Assembly (NCBI GenBank): GCA_041661045.1
Contig: JBAZVE010000001.1
Coordinates: 1,050,001 to 1,082,000 of the forward strand
DNA length: 32,000 bases
Source: Candidatus Saccharimonadota bacterium
GTDB lineage: Bacteria > Patescibacteriota > Gracilibacteria > UBA1369 > 2-02-FULL-48-14
Reading direction: 5' to 3'
Positions within the stretch are counted from its first letter, which is position 1. Every line of letters begins with the position of its first letter. Position numbers and translations under genes: made by a program. Shown piece by piece: positions 19,164-26,661 of the stretch. Below the pieces are notes generated by a model. The model saw only the letters and a list, made by a program, of their open reading frames with translations, did not search any database and was not told the DNA's origin.

Positions 19164-19209
19164 TAAGTTTATTCAGTATCTTGAATCTTTGTTTGTAATC
19201 CCTAAAGAG

Positions 19210-19821
19210 ATGAATGCAAGAATAAATAATTTAACCGTTGATCAGCCAAAGGTTAGGGCTGGTGATGTTCGCGTAAGTCCACAAATGTTCGAGCAGTTAC
19301 GGGAAGTCGAAGCTCGGTCTGCCGAGATTACTGGTATACTCCTTAAAGTGATGAATTCTGCTGGTGTTGAAGAGGCGATTTTTGATGGTGGCTTTCTGGC
19401 GTGTAAAGATGACGGGGACTCTACTTCTTCGACTTCCGAGAACCTTACAGTCAGAAAAGAAGAGATTGCTGGACGGTTAGTTGAAAGGATAGTAAGGGAT
19501 TTTACCGATATTCCTGCTGATCAACTCGTATCACGGCACAGTGATGATAGGAATCCACTTGTTGTTTTTTCCGCTCAGGATTTGGAGGTTATTGGATTTA
19601 GTCTCTATGACAAGTACCTAGAAGGATGGATGTCTTATGAGCAGGTGAGAAGAGGCCGTGAACATATGGGATTCATGGATGATGTATTCGCTAAGGTTGT
19701 TTCAAGTTTTGAACAAACCAGTCGTGGATCTGGATCTCATTACTCATTATATTTATTGCCAAGTAAGCGTAGTTTATCGGTCTTTTTGCGTCATACTGGG
19801 CAGGGTTTTCCAGTACCTTAA
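19210..19821 (+). CDS. Hypothetical protein (about 203 aa)
   Basis: The ORF track starts at TTG 19189. The first ATG is at 19210 (MNARINN...). No motif recognised. It is co-directional with the cassette. Confidence 0.45.
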   Translation: MNARINNLTVDQPKVRAGDVRVSPQMFEQLREVEARSAEITGILLKVMNSAGVEEAIFDGGFLACKDDGDSTSSTSENLTVRKEEIAGRLVERIVRDFTDIPADQLVSRHSDDRNPLVVFSAQDLEVIGFSLYDKYLEGWMSYEQVRRGREHMGFMDDVFAKVVSSFEQTSRGSGSHYSLYLLPSKRSLSVFLRHTGQGFPVP

Positions 19822-19975
19822 TGTCGAAAATTTTTGACTGATTTGACGCAGACTACCGCAAAGATTGATGATGCAACCACTTTCAGGCCCATCTTGTATT
19901 GGAAGAGAGTATCTTGATTTGATGCCAGAAAGGCTGTAAGCTGACCTTCTGAAGCAATTACAGTCATTCATTATT

Positions 19976-21976
19976 ATGTCAACTGCAGAATCTCATGTTT
20001 ATAGCCTTTGTGATGAGCTGACCTCTGTTGTTGAAGGTACTCTTGGAAAGAAACTGGGGCAACCTGTTACGAGGGCGAGAGTTGAGGGAGCGGACTATGG
20101 TTTGAACCTCCATGCTTTGCGTGAGGCTACAGAAAGTATAGATGATGTTGTTGTGAGAATCAGGGACCTTATTATAGGATTGATCCCTGCTGGTATTACG
20201 ATTTCTGCTGAAAAAGGTTTTATTAATTTTCAAGTTTCGAACGAAGCGTTGGGACGGGTTGTTGCAAATATTGTTGATCAGCCTAACGGAGGAATAGAGC
20301 CTGTCGGTGATCGTACTATGTTGGAGTTTTTTAGTCCCAACACCAATAAGCCCATGCACTTGGGGCATCTTAGAAATATTGCATTGGGAGAAAGTTTGGC
20401 CCGATTGCTCCAGTTTTTCGGACACGATGTCACCAAAGTGAATCTGTTCAATGATCGTGGTGCTCATATTTGTAAATCTATGCTTGCCTACCAATTGTAT
20501 GGCGGTGAAGCCACGCCTGAGTCCACCGGCGTTAAAGGCGATCATTTTGTTGGGGATTACTATGTTCGTTACGAGAAAGATTTGCAGGCACAGCTAAAAC
20601 CCATTATTGAGCGCATCAAGAGTGAGCCTGAGATGGCAGCAGAGCTGTTGGCATCCAGCGAAGAACTCGCAAAACTTGAATCGGCAATGAAAGATCAGCC
20701 TACTGATAAAACACTCAAGCTTGCTTTTGAAAAAGCCAAGAAAAAACACGCAAACTTGGAAGAACGTGTTGTAAGTCAGGCTAAAGCTGAAGCTCCCCTC
20801 GTTCTTGAAGTGAATGAAATGCTTCAAAAATGGGAAGATGGAGATCCGGAGGTGCGGGCGCTATGGGAAAAGATGAACGGCTGGGCTATTGGAGGTATGG
20901 AACAAACGCTGGATCGTCTCGACACGCATTTTGACATTATCTATTTCGAATCACAGACTTATAAGCTTGCGATGGACATGATTCAGAAAGGTTTGGACAG
21001 TGGTACCTTTGAAAGGGATCCAAGCGGTGCTGTAGTTGCTGATTTAGAAAAACTTGGGGTGCGGGATAGAAAGGGGAATCCCTTGAGTGGTAAGAAAGTT
21101 TTGCTGCGCTCTGATGGAACGAGTGTATACATCACTCAGGATTTGGCTATGGCGGAACTCAAAGCGAAGGACTATCACCCGGATAACAGTATGTATGTAG
21201 TGGCTGATGAACAACTTCGTCACTTCGAAGTCCTTTTTGGAATTCTTAAGGCTTTGGGCTACGGCTGGGCTGATAAACTCAAACACATTCCTTATGGTAT
21301 GGTGGACCTTCCCTCGGGACGAATGAAATCTCGTGAAGGAACGGTGGTGGATGCGGACGATATCCTTGATGCGCTGCGTGACAATGTAAAAGCAGTGAGT
21401 GCTCAATCTTCGGATCTTGCAGATGCCGGAAGGGTGCCTCGACGGGAGGTGCTTGAGGATGAAGTCGCTGACAAAATTGGTATTGCAGCTATGCGCTATT
21501 ACCTTCTGTCGAGTCGCCCTGACAGTAGAATAAAATTTGATCCGGAACAATCGGTAAAGCTTGAAGGGAAGACAGGTCCTTATATTCTTTATCAATATGT
21601 CCGCAGTGGAAAGATTCTCCAAACTGCTGAAGACAATGGTGGGGGAGTTTCAACGCCTGGCGCAGCTCCGGATTTTTCTACTCTGGCTGACCCAGCTGAG
21701 CATGACCTTTTGATGACATTGGTTGAATTTACAGATTGTATGAAAACTATTCAGAGGACTCTTGATCAAACGCTTTTATCTGATTATGTGTACAAGTTGG
21801 CTAAAGCGTTTGCGGTTTTCTACGAGAAGTGTCCGATTTTTAAGCCGGCACTGGCGGGTCAAGACCCCATTGCTCCTGAACTTAAAAATACCCGACTTGC
21901 ACTTGTTCAGTATTCCCATTCCTTGTTATCGAAATCTTTGGAATTGCTTGGAATAGAGAAAGTGGAGCGAATGTAG
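19976..21976 (+). CDS. argS: Arginine--tRNA ligase
   Basis: Class I HIGH motif (PNTNKPMHLGHLRN), NDRGAHI, a KMSKS-equivalent GRMKSREGTVV, and a C-terminal anticodon-binding (DALR-type) region ending in the typical terminal RM. At 666 aa it carries a K/E/A-rich insertion between the HIGH and MKSR motifs. Confidence 0.9.
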   Translation: MSTAESHVYSLCDELTSVVEGTLGKKLGQPVTRARVEGADYGLNLHALREATESIDDVVVRIRDLIIGLIPAGITISAEKGFINFQVSNEALGRVVANIVDQPNGGIEPVGDRTMLEFFSPNTNKPMHLGHLRNIALGESLARLLQFFGHDVTKVNLFNDRGAHICKSMLAYQLYGGEATPESTGVKGDHFVGDYYVRYEKDLQAQLKPIIERIKSEPEMAAELLASSEELAKLESAMKDQPTDKTLKLAFEKAKKKHANLEERVVSQAKAEAPLVLEVNEMLQKWEDGDPEVRALWEKMNGWAIGGMEQTLDRLDTHFDIIYFESQTYKLAMDMIQKGLDSGTFERDPSGAVVADLEKLGVRDRKGNPLSGKKVLLRSDGTSVYITQDLAMAELKAKDYHPDNSMYVVADEQLRHFEVLFGILKALGYGWADKLKHIPYGMVDLPSGRMKSREGTVVDADDILDALRDNVKAVSAQSSDLADAGRVPRREVLEDEVADKIGIAAMRYYLLSSRPDSRIKFDPEQSVKLEGKTGPYILYQYVRSGKILQTAEDNGGGVSTPGAAPDFSTLADPAEHDLLMTLVEFTDCMKTIQRTLDQTLLSDYVYKLAKAFAVFYEKCPIFKPALAGQDPIAPELKNTRLALVQYSHSLLSKSLELLGIEKVERM

Positions 21977-22008
21977 TTTTAGCATCATTTCATTGTTTTT
22001 CACCCTTA

Positions 22009-23322
22009 TCAAGCTATAAAAATAGTCCTTAAGGTGGCTATTGAATGAGGGAGGAGGAGTTCCAGACCCATTTTTTTGGTACTTTTCTCTCGATCTTTAT
22101 CTTTGTAGCTTTTGCGAATTTCACCGGATAGTCCTACTTCGCCTACAATGACATTCATCTCCGGAATAGGCTTTTTAAGTAAGCTGGAAATAATGGCCAT
22201 GCAAACTGCGCTGTCGCAGGCTGGGTCGCTCACATGGATGCCCCCGGTGACATTGATGTACACATCTTGATCCGAAAGAGAATATCCGCCGTGTTTTTGC
22301 AGAACGGCGATAAGGAGCTCCAGCCGGTTTCGATCAAACCCGTTGGCGGATCGTTTGGGGTAGCCAAAATCGGTGTGATTTACCAAGGCTTGGATCTCAA
22401 CAAGCAAGGGTCGATTGCCCTCCATGCTCATGGTGAGACAGGTGCCCAAGCAGCTTTCTTTTCGGTTCTCCAAGATGCGCTGGCCCGGATTTTTGAGTTC
22501 GTGAAGGCCCTCTTCCGTCATTTCGAAAATACCCACTTCGTTTACGGGGCCAAAACGATTTTTCATGGCGCGGAGCATGCGGAGTTCATGATCGCGTTCT
22601 CCTTCCAAAATAAGCACAGTATCTACTAAATGTTCGAGCACTTTGGGGCCGGCGATATTGCCCTCTTTGTTCACATGACCGATGAGCAGGGTTGGAATAT
22701 TGTGCGTTTTGATGGCATTCATCAGCATTTCGGTGACGAATCGCACTTGGCTGAGGCTGCCGGAAGCGCCGGGAATTTCCGCAGAGCTCATCACTTGAAT
22801 GGAATCGACGACTAAAAAGTCCGGTTTTTGCCCTTCGATGACGGCCAGAATGTTTTCCAAATTGTTTTCGTAGAGCAACTCAATATTTTCTTGTTTCGAT
22901 TTTAACCGTTTGGCGCGGTCTGCCACTTGTTCGATGGATTCTTCTCCGGTGATGTAAAGGACGCGGCTTTTTTGAGCAGCCATTTGATTGGTGATTTGCA
23001 GGGTGAGCGTTGATTTCCCTATGCCCGGTTCGCCCGACAGCAGAATCAGGCTGCCTTCCACAAAACCGCCCCCAATCACTTGGTCGAATTCGCCGATGCC
23101 GGTGAGGATTCTGGTTCTTGGAGTGTGAGAGGCGGAAATGGCTTGTGGCTTCCCCGGATTGCGGGGAACAGGTCTTCGGCCGGTGTTGACGGAGTCGGGT
23201 TTGCCCACATTGATGATGTCTTCCAGCAAGGTGTTCCACTGGTCACAACTGGGGCATTTGCCCAGCCATTTCCCACTTTGGAAGGAACAGTTTTGGCAGA
23301 CGAAGATGGTTTTGAGTTTCAT
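22009..23322 (-). CDS. radA: DNA repair protein RadA/Sms
   Basis: Zinc finger FVCQNCSFQSGKWLGKCPSCDQWNT, Walker A GEPGIGKSTL, KNRFG motif and a Lon-like C-terminal domain. ATG 23322 (MKLKTIFVCQNC) is preferred over the track start at 23346. Confidence 0.9.
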   Translation of the reverse strand: MKLKTIFVCQNCSFQSGKWLGKCPSCDQWNTLLEDIINVGKPDSVNTGRRPVPRNPGKPQAISASHTPRTRILTGIGEFDQVIGGGFVEGSLILLSGEPGIGKSTLTLQITNQMAAQKSRVLYITGEESIEQVADRAKRLKSKQENIELLYENNLENILAVIEGQKPDFLVVDSIQVMSSAEIPGASGSLSQVRFVTEMLMNAIKTHNIPTLLIGHVNKEGNIAGPKVLEHLVDTVLILEGERDHELRMLRAMKNRFGPVNEVGIFEMTEEGLHELKNPGQRILENRKESCLGTCLTMSMEGNRPLLVEIQALVNHTDFGYPKRSANGFDRNRLELLIAVLQKHGGYSLSDQDVYINVTGGIHVSDPACDSAVCMAIISSLLKKPIPEMNVIVGEVGLSGEIRKSYKDKDREKSTKKMGLELLLPHSIATLRTIFIA

Positions 23323-23420
23323 ATCACAAGGGTAGTATACACTCACCCTTTTGGCAAGACGAAAATCAATCCCCTGCGATTCTGCTTGGCAGCTCAGGGA
23401 GCTTTTGCTAAAATCCCCCC

Positions 23421-23496
23421 GGATCGGTAGCTCAGTTGGTAGAGCAGAAGACTCTTAATCTTTTGGTCGCGGGTTCGAATCCCGCCCGGTCCACCA
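23421..23496 (+). tRNA. tRNA-Lys (anticodon CUU), CCA encoded
   Basis: Manual cloverleaf. Acceptor GGATCGG/CCGGTCC. D arm GCTC-AGTTGGTA-GAGC. Anticodon stem GAAGA/TCTTT with loop CTCTTAA. T arm GCGGG-TTCGAAT-CCCGC. Discriminator A followed by CCA. Confidence 0.9.
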
Positions 23497-23558
23497 CGCA
23501 CTTTAGTGCGTATCAATAGCTTGTCGCGTAAGCGACTCCTTCTCATTAACCCCAGTTT

Positions 23559-24122
23559 ATGGCACAATCTCTCACCGATCTGCGAGTTGGAGTGGTTCTC
23601 AATCATGCGGGCGCGCCCTGGCAAATCATTTCCAATTCTTTTATGCGCACCGCACAACGCAAGCCGGTGATGAGGACCAAGCTTCGTAATCTTATGAATG
23701 GAAGTGTGATGGAGAAAACTTTTGTGTCTGGAGAGGCGTTTGAGGTGGCGGATGTGGCACGAAAGACCTGCCAATATCTCTACAAAGATGCCACCGATGC
23801 CAATTTTATGGATATGGAAACTTATGAGCAGTTCAGCTTTACCGTGGAAAACCTTGGAGATCTTATGGGATACCTCAAGGACGGAGAAAATGTGGTCGCG
23901 GTTTTGTATGAGGGTCGTCCCATCACCATCCAAATTCCACCTAAAGTGGTTTTGAAGGTTGTGGAAACGAGCCCTGGAGTGAAGGGAGATCGTGCGCAAT
24001 CCGGAACCAAGCCCGCCAAAATGGAAACCGGAATCAATGTCCAGGTTCCTCTGTTTGTGAATGAAGGAGACCTGATCCGTATCAATACGGAGACCGGTGA
24101 GTATGTGGAACGAGCCAACTGA
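23559..24122 (+). CDS. efp: Elongation factor P
   Basis: LRVGVVLNHAGAPWQIISNSF...VMRTKLRNLMNGSVMEKTF and the C-terminal OB-domain motifs (VETSPGVKGDRAQSGTKPAKMETG..VQVPLFV) match EF-P along the full 187 aa. Confidence 0.9.
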   Translation: MAQSLTDLRVGVVLNHAGAPWQIISNSFMRTAQRKPVMRTKLRNLMNGSVMEKTFVSGEAFEVADVARKTCQYLYKDATDANFMDMETYEQFSFTVENLGDLMGYLKDGENVVAVLYEGRPITIQIPPKVVLKVVETSPGVKGDRAQSGTKPAKMETGINVQVPLFVNEGDLIRINTETGEYVERAN

Positions 24123-24131
24123 TTCTCTTTT

Positions 24132-24941
24132 ATGAAAATCCTCCGCGTTTCGCCCGATTATTTTGCCATTCTTTACGCCATCAACCCTCACATGAAAGTG
24201 GGGAGTGTGGACGGCGCCAAAGCGGCGGAACAGTGGGAGGCTTTGGGAGGTGTTTATGAAAAAATAGGTGCTGAACTTTTTGTTTTGCCGGGGCAGCCGG
24301 GTTATCCGGACATGGTTTTTTGTGCCAACCAAAGTCTACCTTTTGAGCGAGCGGATGGGTCAAAGGCGGTGATTCTTTCCAACATGGCCAATCCGGAACG
24401 ATCGGGAGAAGTTGTTTTTTTTGAGCAGTGGTTTTTGGCTCATGGATATGAGCTGGTGAAACTACCTCCGGATCTCACTTTTGAAGGGATGGGAGATTTT
24501 ATTTATTCCGCGGATCGGGCTTTTTTATGGGCAGGAATCGGGCCCCGAACTACAGAGGTGGCGCATCGGGCCATCGAGCACATCATTGGGAAACCGGTGC
24601 GGTCCCTGGAGTTGGCTCATCCGGACTTTTATCATTTGGATACCTGTCTTGCGATTGTGGATGCAGAAACGGCGGTTTTTTATCGGCCGGCTTTTACGGA
24701 GGAGGGCGCTTTAGAAATCTTGCGCAACCACCCTCGTTCGATTGAGGTGACGGAAGAAGAAGCGTATCGGTTTGCATGCAATCTGCATTGTCTGGATCAA
24801 AAATTTGTGGTGATTCCGGAAGGCTGTCCACGACTTGAAGGGATCTTGAAAGAGCGAGGTTTTGAGGTTTACGGCGTGGATACTTCTGAATACTTAAAAT
24901 CGGGGGGGTCTGTTTTTTGCATGAAACTTGATCTGGAATAA
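24132..24941 (+). CDS. Amidinotransferase/DDAH/arginine-deiminase-fold enzyme (GME superfamily)
   Basis: 269 aa. VFCANQ, FEGMGDF, FYHLDTCLA (catalytic His region) and a C-terminal KSGGSVFCM (catalytic Cys), as in DDAH/amidinotransferase-family proteins. Confidence 0.7.
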   Translation: MKILRVSPDYFAILYAINPHMKVGSVDGAKAAEQWEALGGVYEKIGAELFVLPGQPGYPDMVFCANQSLPFERADGSKAVILSNMANPERSGEVVFFEQWFLAHGYELVKLPPDLTFEGMGDFIYSADRAFLWAGIGPRTTEVAHRAIEHIIGKPVRSLELAHPDFYHLDTCLAIVDAETAVFYRPAFTEEGALEILRNHPRSIEVTEEEAYRFACNLHCLDQKFVVIPEGCPRLEGILKERGFEVYGVDTSEYLKSGGSVFCMKLDLE

Positions 24942-24979
24942 GGGGACGAGCTGTGTTACAAATGGAGGGCTTCATTTAT

Positions 24980-25054
24980 GGCAAGGTGGCGGAGCGGTTA
25001 CGCAGCGGTTTGCAAAACCGTACCACACGGGTTCGAATCCCGTCCTTGCCTCCA
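24980..25054 (+). tRNA. tRNA-Cys (anticodon GCA), CCA encoded
   Basis: Acceptor GGCAAGG/CCTTGCC. Anticodon stem GCGGT/ACCGT with loop TTGCAAA. T arm ACGGG-TTCGAAT-CCCGT. Discriminator U (the Cys identity element) followed by CCA. Confidence 0.9.
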
Positions 25055-25087
25055 CTCGTCGAAGACGAGCGTTCCTGTCTGTCCCTC

Positions 25088-25173
25088 GCCTGGGTGGTGA
25101 AATGGTATACACGCGAGACTTAAAATCTTGTGGTCGCAAGACCGTGTGGGTTCGATCCCCACCCCAGGCACCA
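25088..25173 (+). tRNA. tRNA-Leu (anticodon UAA), class II long variable arm, CCA encoded
   Basis: Acceptor GCCTGGG/CCCAGGC. Anticodon stem CGAGA/TCTTG with loop CTTAAAA. Long variable arm TGGTCGCAAGACCGT. T arm GTGGG-TTCGATC-CCCAC. Discriminator A followed by CCA. Confidence 0.9.
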
Positions 25174-25190
25174 TTTTATGTGAACGGCTT

Positions 25191-25907
25191 CTAGCGTTTC
25201 AGCCAAGCTTTTCTTTCTTTTTCCGGAAAGCGTTCTATGGCGTAACGAAACGCCGTGCGTGGTAGTTTTGAATAGTTCTTCTCCAAGAAATCTTTCAATG
25301 TTTTTTCTCCGCAATTTTTCCCAATTTCCCGTAGCATCCATCCCACCGCTTTGTGCATCAAATCATGCGGATCTTTGAGGAGCATTTGAGCAATTTGAAG
25401 TGCTTCTTTTGATTCCCCTTGTCTTATGAAGTAGAAACAACTGATCATGGCGATGCGCCTTTCCCACAAGTTGTTTGAGTTTGCTAAGTTTTCGAGCAGA
25501 GTCTTTGGTTTTTCCCACAAATAATGACCTAAAATATACGGTGCGGAACCATCCACCAGATCCCAGTTATTGATGAACGCGATATTGGCCAAATAAAAAT
25601 CCACCAGCTCCTCCTGTAATACTTCATTGTTTTTCGCTTTTTTATATTGGCTTACCAGGATGAGCAACGCTGCCAGACGGTCTTCATGAATGGGGGAGTG
25701 GAGTAACTTTTCAATTTCCTTGAGTGACAATGCGTTGTATTTGCTCACGACCAGTCGTATCTCTGGAACAGTGACTCCTATAAAGCGATCGCCGTGGCCA
25801 TATTGACCGGGATCTGTTTTAAAAAATCGAGCGGAGTTTTTTGCACGGTCAGGAGTGGCTAAATTTTTGAGCGCGTCAGCAACTTCTTTAGCTGTGTTTT
25901 TTTGCAT
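25191..25907 (-). CDS. DNA alkylation repair protein (AlkC/AlkD-like HEAT-repeat family)
   Basis: MQKNTAKEVADALKNLATPDRAKNSARFFKTDPGQYGHGDRFIGVTVPEIR... and the ...RTAFRYAIERF tail are typical of this family. ATG 25907 is preferred. It overlaps the lgt 3' end by 20 nt. Confidence 0.7.
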   Translation of the reverse strand: MQKNTAKEVADALKNLATPDRAKNSARFFKTDPGQYGHGDRFIGVTVPEIRLVVSKYNALSLKEIEKLLHSPIHEDRLAALLILVSQYKKAKNNEVLQEELVDFYLANIAFINNWDLVDGSAPYILGHYLWEKPKTLLENLANSNNLWERRIAMISCFYFIRQGESKEALQIAQMLLKDPHDLMHKAVGWMLREIGKNCGEKTLKDFLEKNYSKLPRTAFRYAIERFPEKERKAWLKR

Positions 25908-26661
25908 GAGAATAGAGAAATACCGCAAAGCCCAGTGTAAAGAAGGGAATACTCAAGATTTGGCCGGTGGTGAGGTCCAAAAACCCTTGATGGAGAGGAA
26001 AATCTTTGAAGAATTCCACCGAGAAGCGCATGGCAAAATAAAGCATAAAAAAGAGGCCGAAGAAGAAACCGGGTTTGAGGGTTTTGTATTTCTTCAACCA
26101 AAGAGGGAAGAGGATGGCAAAGAGCAACATGCCCATGCCAAACTCGTAGAGCTGTGAGGGATGTCGGGAGAGGGCATCGACTCGTTCAAAGACAACGGCC
26201 CAAGGCACTTCGGTCACTCGTCCCACCAGTTCACTATTGAAAAAATTTCCCAAGCGGATGAGGCTTACCGGAATAGTGGCGCCCACCACCAGCACATCGG
26301 CATAGTCCAAGAATCGCACTTTGGGGTGTCTCCACAAAAAGAATCCAAAGGCCACCAAAAGTCCGATGGCGGCTCCGTGGCTGGCAAGGCCTCCTTCCCA
26401 TACTTTTAGGATCTGTATGGGGTTGGCGAGGTAGTAATCCAGTTCATAAAACACGATGTGCCCCAAACGAGCTCCCACGATGAGCCCCACCAGTAAAACC
26501 ACGGTGAGGTTTTCCACGATATCCAGAGAAAGCCCTTTCTTCTTTGCCATGAAGCGAATCAGGCTGTAGGCCAGAAACAAACCGAGGGCAAAAAATACGC
26601 CATAGTAGCGGATTTCCAGCGGACCCAAATCCACCAGAACAGGATCGATATTCCAAATCAT
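25888..26661 (-). CDS. lgt: Prolipoprotein diacylglyceryl transferase
   Basis: IRYYGVFFALG, VWEGGLASHGAAIG, RLGNFFNSELVG, HPSQLYE, plus multiple TM segments. Confidence 0.9.
   Translation of the reverse strand: MIWNIDPVLVDLGPLEIRYYGVFFALGLFLAYSLIRFMAKKKGLSLDIVENLTVVLLVGLIVGARLGHIVFYELDYYLANPIQILKVWEGGLASHGAAIGLLVAFGFFLWRHPKVRFLDYADVLVVGATIPVSLIRLGNFFNSELVGRVTEVPWAVVFERVDALSRHPSQLYEFGMGMLLFAILFPLWLKKYKTLKPGFFFGLFFMLYFAMRFSVEFFKDFPLHQGFLDLTTGQILSIPFFTLGFAVFLYSHAKKHS

Noticed and set aside
19822-19975. Searched the argS upstream gap for a second T-box or other leader
   Set aside because: It has no AGGGTGGNACCGCG-like sequence, no terminator hairpin with a U-tract, and only weak promoter-like hexamers.
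19979-21622. Minus-strand ORFs of 188 aa (19979..20545), 77 aa (20594..20827) and 192 aa (21044..21622)
   Set aside because: They are antisense shadows inside argS with no motifs.
23394-24332. 312-aa minus-strand ORF
   Set aside because: It runs antisense through tRNA-Lys, all of efp and the start of the next gene. It cannot coexist with those well-supported features.
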